Below, one piece after another: positions 24,936 through 36,154 of a stretch of DNA of 64,000 bases. Positions within the stretch are counted from its first letter, which is position 1. Each line of letters begins with the position of its first letter. The position numbers and the translations under genes were made by a program. The notes beneath the pieces were generated by a model that worked only from the letters and a program-made list of their open reading frames with translations, had not been told where the DNA came from and made no database searches. The stretch comes from Eledone cirrhosa (Eukaryota), in assembly GCA_964016885.1 (NCBI GenBank), contig CAXHJY010000239.1:1-64000 (forward strand), read 5' to 3'.

Positions 24936-26723
24936 ACCACCACAACTAGCAGCTAGCTACCATGCTGAGTTCAACATCTGTGTTCATCATCTGAACCAGT
25001 AAGCTGTAAACCACCCCCATCTCCACCCAAACACATTCACTGCTGCTGCTAACCTCTTCTTGTCATTCCCAGAGTTCACTCTCATAGACCCCCACCCCCA
25101 CCCTTCAACAGAAACTCCTTCTCTGCCACACATATTTTTCTCCCCCTTTACAAATATAGATATGCATAAATTCAAGTTGAACATTAGCTGCATTGATACC
25201 ATTAGTAAAGGAGAGTATGCAAGGGCCTGAAAAGCCATGCCACAGAACAGCATCTATATGATCACAGTCTGCTATAACTAACAATCAAATAACGATTTCT
25301 AATTTATGCACAAGACCTGCAATTTGGGGGAGTGGAAATCGATTATATTGACCTCAGTACCATACTGGTACATGATTTTGACATTGGAAGGATGAAAATC
25401 AAAGTGAACCTCAATGAGATTTAAACTCGGAACATAAAGGGCCATAACCAAATGCCGCAGAGTGTTTTGACTGATGATCTAACGATTCTGCTGAATGTAG
25501 TCCAACATACCTCTAAAAAGGTGTATTGGTTACAGCTGGAATGCCTTTTGTAATTCACCTGCTTAGTCTGGGTTGAACTGAGGCTTAACAACAACCACAA
25601 CACTGTTTTATCACTAAAGACTGGCCCTTTGGATTTACATGTGCCTACATTTCTGGATAAAACAATTTTTTCTTCCATTTTCTCTTAGTCAATGACATAG
25701 TTTCTATATAGTCACCTGATCTGCTAGAAATGATAGCTAAATCTCACTTAACAAAAGATTTTTGTTGAAAATATCTAAAAATGGGTTTGTCAATTCAAAT
25801 GATTATAGTATCTGTATTAGTGGACAGAATGTTTGTGAAAATTTACATTAGTTGAGTAAAAACTTAAATGTTTTAATGTGATGCTGTCATAGTACTGTTT
25901 TGTATTTTCCAAGAAATGTCTTGCATATGTAGTTTCATGTGGTACAGGATGTTAATTGTTAAATCCCAGCATTCTATTCAAAAAAGGAAATATAAATATT
26001 GCATAATGTAATCCTAGATACACTGCCTGAACAAAAAACAAGCAAACAAAAAACAACAACAGCATAATAAAACCGTCATTGCTTTGCTGGGCCAGGTCTG
26101 AACTAGAGCTAAATTAACAAACAACCATTTTTTTTTTTATCAGCCAGATTTTTCAGTTAAATGTGTTTACCACATTTCTGTCAGCTTCTTCATATTCTTT
26201 ATATTAGACTAGTGTTTCCTAAAATGGTTTCCATAAAAATATTTGGAAGGTTCTACAAGATAGGTGTCTTTTAATTCTTAACATCCTGTAATGATTTAGC
26301 AAAAAAATGTTAAAAACAGGCTTGTTAATTCATAATCACAGATATAGGGCCGGAGAAACAGACAGATACACATACATATATACATACAATGGGCTTGCCC
26401 AGTTTCTGTCTATCAAATTTCACTTACAAGGCATTGGTCAAACAGAGGCTTTGCTAGCAGACACTTCTTTCCTAAGGTGCCATAATATAGAACTAAACTA
26501 AACATCAAATCTTGTCATGTTGAAGTCAAAAAGACAAGACAAGACAAAGAGGAGCAAGAACCCAACAAAACCCAACAAAACTTAAGTACCTGTATATGTC
26601 ATTGTTGTAACTAATATATATATATATATATATCTATCTCTCTCTCTCTATATATATATATTTATATATATCATCATCATCATCATTTTACGTCTGCTTT
26701 TTTCCTGCTTGCAAGGGTTGGAC

Positions 26724-26794
<71 letters not shown>

Positions 26795-26889
26795 ACACAC
26801 GTGCACACACAAGCACACGCACACACACACACGCACGCACACACACATATATATATGCATGTGTGTGTTGAACAATGAAAATAAAACAA

Positions 26890-27570
26890 AATCGGAACTA
26901 AATTAGTTCATTGTTTTACAATCGTTGAATAGTTTCTTCAACAAGATTTTAGGATCAACTCTATCAAAGGCCTTGAAATCACGGTGTCTAACATCGGTGT
27001 TGATACTCTCTCACAAAACTTTTAGGATGTCATCAAAGTAATGCAGAACATGTTAGGCAGTCCCTGCCATCCTATAACCCATGCTAGTTGGAGTTCAGCA
27101 GATTGTTGCTTTCAAGTAAGTGAGTTATTTGTGATCTTACCACCCTCTCAAATACCTTAATGATATGAGAGGGGGGGGGGGGGGGTGAGACCAGACAATA
27201 ATTCACTGCAAGGGACTTCCCTTTTTGAAAACTGCAATGACACTCTTGAACAGAAAGTTTTCAGGTATCTAACCAGCATCCAGTGAGTTTCTTCACATAT
27301 TCACACCTTCGGGACAGTAGCAGAGAAGATATCAGGTCTACTGCTCAAATTGTATTTAATTTTGTTTATTGCCATTAAGATATCAGGGGCACCAAACGTT
27401 ATGTCAGATATAGTGTGTTGGGGATTAACATCACTGATATAGTCCAGATCAGCCATATCAGGATCATTGAAAATCGAGCAGTATTACTTCTGAAGTATCT
27501 CACCTATAGTTTTAACATCACCATGGAGAGTGTTATTTTCATCAATCAGAGGGTCTACAGTGAGACAGCA
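26890..27570 (-). mobile_element. Degraded CR1/Jockey-group RT fragment
   Basis: Remnants DFKAFDRVDPKILLKKL, HG...GRDCLT and FQKGK. Confidence 0.7.
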
Positions 27571-29245
27571 ATCTTGTGTTTTTTTACAAATCAAAAGAAC
27601 ACTTTGGGACTGAAAACATTTATATAATTATATCCTAGAAATAAATTATAAAATTATTCTTATCTTTAATCACATCCATATGTCATTCGTCAACATAAAC
27701 TATAGAGTTTCTTTTATACAAACAATTAATTAATCAAAACCCAAATTTCATTGTCTGTATGATTATTCATAAACCCAGTAATCATGGTATTAAAATTAAA
27801 TATGTTCAATGCTATTGCCATCATTATTAATGGCACTGGTCTACTGGTATATAAAATTTGCTAAATATGCGATTAAAGGGTTGACAAAAGCTCAAAATAT
27901 CACTGAATAGTTTGACATATACAAATGTTTGGCCACTCCAGGCACCTCTCCTTATCTCCTTGTTGTACTTAACAAATGAAAAACCTAAACTTAAATGCCA
28001 GTTTGAATGTTAATTATTTTATAAGTAGGGTAATTGCTGGATAATTGGTTTATTTCCACCAGACATATCACATCCACACACTTATATACTAGTTATCAGT
28101 TTTGTGTTGACCACATACATTATTGACGTGTTATATTTTACCTTTGAAATAAGGAAACCTTTATGTAACAGGAATATTCATTTCTTTATAGAACTGAGGC
28201 AGCGATTTGGCAGAGTCTTTATGGATTTAAAATATTTTGACATTCATTGCAGCTCATTGCCCTCTGAGGTCAACTTTGCTTTCCATCCTTTCAAGGTCGA
28301 TAACTAAAGTATCAGTTCAGTACTGGGGCTGGTTCAATCACTTTATCACTCTCTCTCTCTCTCTCTCCGTCTACACTTTCTCTCCCTCCCTCTTTCTCTC
28401 TTTTCCTTTCTTTCCCTGAAAGAAATCCACTGTTTCAACCTGGTGAGGGATAGGTTCTGCCAGGTTTAAAATTCCCAAGAGATACCTTGTGTCAGAAGAG
28501 TGCCTCTTATGACTCTATCAGGAGTTAAAGGCCCTTTACCTTTTATCTTTATATAGAACTATATAAATTACTGCATGTATTTCCCGTGTTTTCCCAAGAA
28601 TTGTTAGAAATACTATGCTGAATCCAAGAGTGTTAAAAGTTCTGTTGTACTCAAATTTACCATAAGTGTCATTTCCAAAGATAGGAATCGAGTGAACCCT
28701 TCAATCTGAATGAATGAATATGTAAGAACCTCTTTAGTGCTGGTGCCACAATAAAATAATCCTGGTAAAACCTGTAAAGTGCCATGAAAAATACACACAG
28801 TACACTTTATAAACGTAAAATGATAGTGACGATGATGTCACCAGTCTTGAAATTAATTTTATTGTGGGAAATTAATTTCATTGATGTCTAATTAGCAAAA
28901 CTGTTAGTCTCCATATTTGTTCTGTCTCTCTGTACTTCCTGCTGACGTTAACTTTGTCTTTTATCTTCTCAGAACTGGTAAATAAAGTACCAGTCTAGGA
29001 GCTGTGGATTGGGAGAATTGTTAAAAAGTCAGACTGGATGCTTTGTAGTATCCAATCTAGCTCTGTGCATTCTCATTTCAAATCCCATCTTCTTTTGCCA
29101 GGAGTTGCAATTGGCAGATAGTATCAGCTATGGAAAGACCAATGGAAACATTGTTTCCTATGACAGATCTGATGATTGGCTCCTTTCATTCTTTTTTAAT
29201 GCGGTACCAAAATTTTAGCATTTAAATGAATTCTACAGTGCTTAA

Positions 29246-29685
29246 CCCTTTAGCATACTGCAAAGTGGACGTGTAGGCACCACGGAAAAAAGCACCCAGC
29301 ACTCACTGTAAATGAGGTTGGTGTTAGGAAGGGCATCTAGCTGTAGAAATCAAGCCAGAATCAGTTCCTGTAGGAGCAAGACAAGGTCAGCCGACCGGAC
29401 ACTGCCTACAACAGGACAACCCGTCTAACCCATGCTAGCGTGGAAGAACGGACGTAAAACGGTGATGATGATGATGATGATGATTACTCTATATTTACTA
29501 TTGTATTTTCATGGTAAAGGCTTTACCTCACATAATTATCTCACATAATATCGAACCTATGAGATTTTGATATTTATTTTGAGAACAATACCTTAGCATA
29601 AGTGTGATTGGCCAGTTATAGTCGGTTTTAACAGAAAGTGGTGAGAGAATTCTGGCCAAGTATTGCCGGTTTAAATGCTAAAGTG
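29246..29685. mobile_element. piggyBac-type MITE interrupted by an RTE 3'-end insertion (29257-29484)
   Basis: TTAA flanks, TIR CCCTTTAGCAT; the insert matches 4595-4820 in reverse. Confidence 0.85.
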
Positions 29686-30920
29686 TTAAACCTGATACTC
29701 AGTTGTTCTCTGCTATAGGCAAAGCAGTAGTCTATCATACTCCATTTTCTTGGCAGAAGTACAGTTAAATATAAGGTAAGAGAGGATTGTATGTATGAAC
29801 TCATGACTTCCAATGGGGTGGAGTTGTAGGGGTGCCATAGTAGCATACAGCATGTCTTGGGGCATTTAAAACTTGATGGAGCCCATCCCTATCCAGGTTT
29901 TAACATGGTCTATTTCTTCCAGAGAAGGAGAGAGAGAATTGACCCAGTACTGGACTGGTACTTTTTATTGACCCCGAAAGGATGACAGGCAAAGTTAATT
30001 TGGAGTGTAGAGAGTTAGAATGAATATCACAAAACATTGTGATATAGGATTATCATATTTTATTTTAAAGTATTTAATTGTCCCGTGACTCCTGATAGAG
30101 TCGTAGGGGCGCCGTATTGACACACAGCATTTCTTAGGCATCTTAAGCCTGGCGGAGCCCATCCTTCTCCAGGCCTGAGTACAGCAGATTTCTTCCAGAG
30201 AAAGATAGAAAGCGGGAGAGAGGAAATAAGAGAGCAATATAGCGGAAGAATCAACCCCAGTACTAGACTGGTATTTCTTTTATCAACCTCGAAAGGATGA
30301 AAGGCTAAGTTGACCTCTGCAGGATTTAAACTCAGAGAGCAGAGAGTCAGAATGAATACCATAAAGCATTCTATCTGACATTTTAATGACTCTGCCAATT
30401 TGCCGCCTGTTTTATATATCAGTACTCTTGACACATTCTATTCTCTACTAAATACAATGAATCAGTCAACAATGTTAAAATTAGTTCTCTGCTGAAAAGA
30501 TAATTCATATCTATGAATTTTTTTTTTTCCTCGGCAGAAAACCACTTGTAATAATGTGACTAAAAGAACTATAGTTGATTACTTCCACCATATTATATTA
30601 CTGGTATTACAATATTCATAAAAGGATGAAAGGCAAATTCTTCTCTTAAACAGGATTTGAATAAAGATATGAGGCATGTGAATAGAGTCTCAGAACATCT
30701 GTTACCCTCTCTCTTTCCCTCATACACATTATATCTTATATTTCCCTCTCTCTCTTCTTCTCTCACTCACCCCCTCTATCTCTCTCTCTCTCTATATATA
30801 TATATGTGTGTGTGTGTGTGTATCTGTTTATGTTCTGTAACTTAGTGGCTCAACAAAATCGAGATCAATAAAATAAGTCCTAGACTTAAAATCAGTAAAA
30901 GAAAAAAATATATATATATA

Positions 30921-33900
30921 TCTCTTGGACGAGAATGCGAGCACTCCTCATTGTTTCGACCGCGGACGGCTAACATAACCCCATCGCCCCGCGCCCCCCA
31001 CCGCCCCCAACCCCCAAACGCAATCCAAAACTTCAGAGTTGGTACCATAAATGTAGGCACCCTAAAGGGTCGCGCTAACGAGGTTGTAGAAATGCTTGAA
31101 CGTAAGGAAATCGATGTTTGTTGTATTCAAGAGACCAGGTGGAGGGGTGGGTCTGCTAGGTTCATTGAGGGTAAAAAACGATGTTATAAGCTTTTCGGGG
31201 TGGGAAACGACGATGGGCTGGGTGGAGTAGGAATCATGGTAGCAGAAAAGTGGGCAGATAAGATAATAGACGTAAATAGAGTGAACGACAGAATAATTAA
31301 AATACGACTTGTCCTCAATAGAACTACGGTGACAGTAATATCTGCGTACGCACCCCAATCCGGACTGCCCGGCACTATAAAAGACAGATTCTATGAGACA
31401 CTGATGCTAACTACCTCCCAAATATCCGACAGTGACTATATAATTATCGCAGGCGACCTAAATGGTCACGTTGGACAACATTGTGACGGCTACGACGAAA
31501 CCCATGGAGGCTATGGGTTTGGTACGAGAAATGAGGAAGGCTCCAGAATCCTGGAATTCTGTGATGCAAATAACCTAACTATCTGTAACACTAACTTCAA
31601 AAAACGTGACAATCACCTGATCACCTATAGATCCGGGGAACATACAAGCCAGGTAGATTATATCCTTACCAGAAGACGTGACAGAGTGTCTGTTGTAAAC
31701 ACTAAATCCCTCCCCCATGAAGAATGCACCTCCCAACATAGACTGATAATTAGCGACCTCATAGTCAGGACGAGACGTACTCGACAGCAGAAGAGGACTA
31801 TCCTCAGGAGAAAAATATGGAAGCTAAAGGACCCCACAGCCAGGAATAAATTTCAAAGCATATTACTTGATGCTTTCGACAGTAAGGAAGAACATTTAGA
31901 GTCGGACAATATAGAGGGAGAGTGGGAATTTCTGAAAGCAAACCTGCTGTTGGCGACAGACGAAGTCTGTGGCCGGAGCAGGCCTGTAGGCAGGAGGAGA
32001 GTAACATGGTGGTGGAACAGTAAAGTGGAGGGGTCAATTAAGGCCAAAAAGCAGGCTTGGAAAGTATGGCGGGATGGGGGAAGTAGAGAAGACTATCAAG
32101 TGGCCAGGAGGGAAGCTAGGAGACAAGTGTACTTAGCAAGAAGGGAAGCTGAGGAAAGAAAGTTCAAGCATGTTCTACAACGCGATGACCAAAAACGTGA
32201 GGTGTTCAGGATTGCTAGGCAATGCGTCAAGGAAAACCGTGATATTGTCGGGGAGAAGTGTGTACTAAACGACGATGGCACACTTGCCATCACCGACGCT
32301 GATAAGAAGGTAGCTTGGAAGTGTCACTATGAAAGGCTACTAAATGAGGAGAATAAATGGGAGAAAGACAGTCTCCCCCATATCGACCCAATAGAGGGAC
32401 CAGCAGTGTTAGTCGAGGGGAGTATAATAAGTAAGGCAATCAAGGATATGAAGACGGGTAAGGCGGCTGGGCCTTCGGAAATAGTTGCTGAGATGCTGAA
32501 GGCATCTGGCACGGTGGGACACACCATGGTCACCCGCATAGTTAACCAAGTCGTACAGAATGGGGTTGTTCCGAAGGACTGGCATAGCAGCATCATCGTT
32601 AACTGTTATAAGGGTAAAGGAGACGCCCTAGATAGGAGTAACTATAGAGGCATTAAATTAATCGACCAGGTCATGAAGGTCACGGAAAAAGTAATAGCGC
32701 AACTAATCAGAGAGAGAATTGACCTAGATGAAATGCAGTTCGGGTTTGTGTCAGGCAAAAGTACCACAGACGCTCTTTTCATAGTACGACAACTACAGGA
32801 GAAGTACCTAGCTAAAGGTAAACCCCTCTACTTATCTTTTGTCGACTTGGAGAAAGCCTTCGACAGAGTCCCCCGCTCCATTATCTGGTGGGCTCTTAGA
32901 AAACTAGGCGTTGACGAATGGCTTGTGAGGGCTATACAAGCCATGTATAAAGAAACAGTCAGCAAGGTTAGAATTAACAACGAATATAGTGAAGAGTTTA
33001 GCGTAAAAGTTGCCGTCCATCAGGGCTCTGTTCTCAGCCCCCTACTATTTATTATTGCCCTTCAGGCTATAACAGAGGAGTTCAAGACAGGCTGCCCATG
33101 GGAACTCCTATACGCAGACGACCTGACACTCATAGCGGAATCAATGGCCGAGCTAGAGAAGAAATTCCAAACATGGAAGCACGGCCTAGAGTCAAAAGGA
33201 CTTAAAATTAACCTGGCTAAGACCAAAGTACTAGTTTGTAGGAAAGAAAACAAGGCGGCGGTCCCTTCTGGGAAATGGTCGTGCTCGGTGTGTAGGAAAG
33301 GCGTAGGTAGAAACTCCATTTTATGTCCTAAATGCAAAGTATGGGTGCATAAAAGATGTAGTGGGATCACAGGTAAGCTAACTAAGAACATAGATTTTAC
33401 ATGTGGCCGGTGTTCTGGTGCAATAAGTAGCAGCAAGTGCCCACAAAATACTAGCTCTTTCAATTGCGCAGAGGGTTCTATAGAAATAGTGGACAGCTTC
33501 CGTTACCTGGGCGATAAAATCAGCAGTGGGGGAGGGTGTTCTGAAAGTACTGTAGCTAGAGTCAGAACTGGTTGGAAAAAGTTCAGAGAGCTTATACCAC
33601 TATTAGCTGCTAAAGGGTTCTCCCTAAAAATGAAAGGCAGGTTGTACGATGCCTGCATACGAACAGCAATGCTGCATGGCAGTGAGACCTGGGCATTGTG
33701 TGCAGAGGATATACGCAGACTAGAGAGGAATGAAGCTTGCATGCTCCGCTGGATGTGTAACAGTAATATACGTGAACGGCAAAGCATAAACGAACTAAGG
33801 AAAAAATTAGAGATAAGAGGGATCAGATGTTGTTTACTCGAGAGAAGGCTACGTTGGTATGGACACGTGATACGCATGAAAGTCGATAGCTGTATAACAA

Positions 33901-34465
33901 AGTGCAGGGCAATAAAGATAGACGGTAGTCACGGAATAGGCAGACCTAGAAAAACCTGGGACGAGCTGATAAACTCCGACATCACACACTTACACCTCTC
34001 CAAGACAATGTCACTGGACCGAGACCTTTGGCGGTACTCAGTAACAGAGAAGACCCGCCTTACCTAAATATATAGTAAAACCTACTCCAGCCAGTAGGCA
34101 TCTCTAACAAAATACACCCCCCGTCCCACCACCACCACCCCCACCCCATCCACACCACCCCGTTCTATGTAAAGTTATGTTGGTGCCGCGCCATCGAGGC
34201 CGAAACAAATGAGATCGTGTAGGTGTCACGACAAAAAAACACACAGTCCACGCTGTAATGTGGCCGTGTAGGCAACACGGTAAAAACCTCCCAGACCCAC
34301 ACTGTAAATGTGGTTGGTGTTAGGAAGGGCATCCAACTGTAGAAAACCTGCCAGACAGTCCTATGCGAGCAAGACAATCACTCTTGCCTCAAGTGGGACT
34401 ACCCCCGTCCAAACCCATGCAAGCGTGGAACACGGACGTTAAACGTTGATGATGATGATGATGAT
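30921..34465 (+). mobile_element. Near-full-length young RTE-clade LINE in (TA)n
   Basis: Single long ORF, ~400-bp 3' UTR, (GAT)n tail, TA tracts on both sides. Confidence 0.97.
30951..34067 (+). CDS. RTE ORF: APE endonuclease, reverse transcriptase and internal PHD-type zinc finger
   Basis: APE motifs TINVGTL, CIQETRW, SAYAPQ, GDLNGHVG, QVDYIL, SQHR; RT motifs including YADD at 33111; C4HC3 at 33282-33413. Start codon uncertain (no ATG before the APE domain). Confidence 0.93.
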   Translation: MFRPRTANITPSPRAPHRPQPPNAIQNFRVGTINVGTLKGRANEVVEMLERKEIDVCCIQETRWRGGSARFIEGKKRCYKLFGVGNDDGLGGVGIMVAEKWADKIIDVNRVNDRIIKIRLVLNRTTVTVISAYAPQSGLPGTIKDRFYETLMLTTSQISDSDYIIIAGDLNGHVGQHCDGYDETHGGYGFGTRNEEGSRILEFCDANNLTICNTNFKKRDNHLITYRSGEHTSQVDYILTRRRDRVSVVNTKSLPHEECTSQHRLIISDLIVRTRRTRQQKRTILRRKIWKLKDPTARNKFQSILLDAFDSKEEHLESDNIEGEWEFLKANLLLATDEVCGRSRPVGRRRVTWWWNSKVEGSIKAKKQAWKVWRDGGSREDYQVARREARRQVYLARREAEERKFKHVLQRDDQKREVFRIARQCVKENRDIVGEKCVLNDDGTLAITDADKKVAWKCHYERLLNEENKWEKDSLPHIDPIEGPAVLVEGSIISKAIKDMKTGKAAGPSEIVAEMLKASGTVGHTMVTRIVNQVVQNGVVPKDWHSSIIVNCYKGKGDALDRSNYRGIKLIDQVMKVTEKVIAQLIRERIDLDEMQFGFVSGKSTTDALFIVRQLQEKYLAKGKPLYLSFVDLEKAFDRVPRSIIWWALRKLGVDEWLVRAIQAMYKETVSKVRINNEYSEEFSVKVAVHQGSVLSPLLFIIALQAITEEFKTGCPWELLYADDLTLIAESMAELEKKFQTWKHGLESKGLKINLAKTKVLVCRKENKAAVPSGKWSCSVCRKGVGRNSILCPKCKVWVHKRCSGITGKLTKNIDFTCGRCSGAISSSKCPQNTSSFNCAEGSIEIVDSFRYLGDKISSGGGCSESTVARVRTGWKKFRELIPLLAAKGFSLKMKGRLYDACIRTAMLHGSETWALCAEDIRRLERNEACMLRWMCNSNIRERQSINELRKKLEIRGIRCCLLERRLRWYGHVIRMKVDSCITKCRAIKIDGSHGIGRPRKTWDELINSDITHLHLSKTMSLDRDLWRYSVTEKTRLT

Positions 34466-34485
34466 ATTTATATATATTAGATAGT

Positions 34486-34787
34486 GAAATAGAGCTTCTG
34501 CTGTATTTTTGACTAAGTAAATTGGAGCTATAAAAACCCACAGAATGGAAAAAGATGAGCGTTGACATCACCCACCATGGTGGGTGACTTATTGGTGTCA
34601 TGGTAGCCAAAGATATGCGTTCATGTCCCATGTACATCAATACTCATCCTTTTTCCATTATCTGGGTTTTTATAATTCCAATTATTAGACTAATTTACTT
34701 AGTCAAAAATACGGCAGAATCTCTATTTCACTCTCTAATTTCAAATTCTCCGCTGTTTGTAAACAAAAGCTTAAGCTTTGTACCTTA
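34486..34787 (+). mobile_element. Fold-back element, same family as 2737-2960
   Basis: 34486-34568 imperfectly inverted against ~34636-34739; tail TTCAAATTCTCCGCTGTTT runs to (TA)n. Confidence 0.7.
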
Positions 34788-35544
34788 TATATATATATAG
34801 TGAAAAGTTAGTGCCTGATGGCTGAGCTGATGCTGTTTCAGTGGTGAGTGGATAACTGAATTAAATGTTTATTTCCAGCTATTCCTATTTGTATTTCATA
34901 CAGTGTTTATATTTGTCTATAATTTCCTGTAAGAGTCTCTGAAGTTATGTTTCAAACACCAGCTTAATAGTGAGAAAGTTAGTTATATTACAAAATCACT
35001 CCAATTTTTTAGTATTTTCAAAATTATTTGAAAACCACAGGCATTGTCTTTTATTAGAGAAATGGTAATGAAAGGGTTAAAAAAAAAGACAGAAATATTT
35101 AATATTTATTTCTACTTTCATGTATTAAATTTTCATATATAATAGTTTTTTATGGACTGTTTTTGATGTGTATGAAAATGGTGTATAATTTAATATATTT
35201 TTTTCTACTGAAGAATATGTGCCATTCTTTATTGTGTTTAAGGAAGAAATCTTATTTCAATTTAGTTAGATCTAGAATGTATGTCATTGTGATATTATTT
35301 AATTCTCCACCAGGTTTCTATGTCATAAGGCAACTTTCTAAACTGCATACAAACAGTATATTACTTTATTGCTATTAATTTTAATTTTTTCCACCAACCA
35401 CCACCACCACCGCTTCAACTACAATCACCCCACTACAACCACCACCACCACTACAACCACCACCACCACCACCACCATAACCACTAAGATTGTGTGTTGT
35501 CATATATTACAAAGACAAAAATTTATGATTACTAAAAATCAGTA

Positions 35545-36040
35545 GGTGTAAAAGCCAAACTTGTTGTCTTCAATTCGGCTTTTGTGCCAATCCTTACCTA
35601 TGTTCATGAATCTTGGGTAATAACTGAAAGAATAGGATCACAAATACAAGCAGCCGAAGTGGGGTTCCTCCGAAGGGTCTTTGGAGTAATGTTACATGAT
35701 AAAGTGTGTAGCTCGGAGATCAGAGAGTCACTCCAAGTAGAGTCGCTCTTCTCCGAATTGAGAGATCACAGCTTTGATACTTTAGGCATGTGGTTAGAAT
35801 GTCCCAGGAAAGAATTGCTGGACAGATTTTACAGGCAAAACCAACTGGTAGGAAGCCCAGAGGTAGATCCCCAAGCAAGATGGTTGGATAACATCCATGA
35901 GCTTGGCTTGTCTCACTTGGGGATCCAGCAGGATCAGTTGGAGATGGTTGCCTCTGACAGGACTCGCTGGAAGGAGTATTTGAGGTCTCTGCCCCCACAA
36001 CCCTCTCAGGAATAAGTGGGTGAAGAAGAAAAAGATGAAA
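35545..36040 (+). mobile_element. RTE LINE (Rex3/Expander-like) 3' fragment, frameshifted
   Basis: VPILTYVHESWVITERIGSQIQAAEVGFLRRV...IRESLQVE...LPPQP. Confidence 0.85.
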
Positions 36041-36154
36041 ATTTATGAAATATGTGGGCAGTAACTGTTAGGACTATCTTTTGGATTTCATAGATGCTAG
36101 GTTTACCAGGCATGTTTTCTGGAAACCTTTGAACACCTTTCTTTATGACACACT

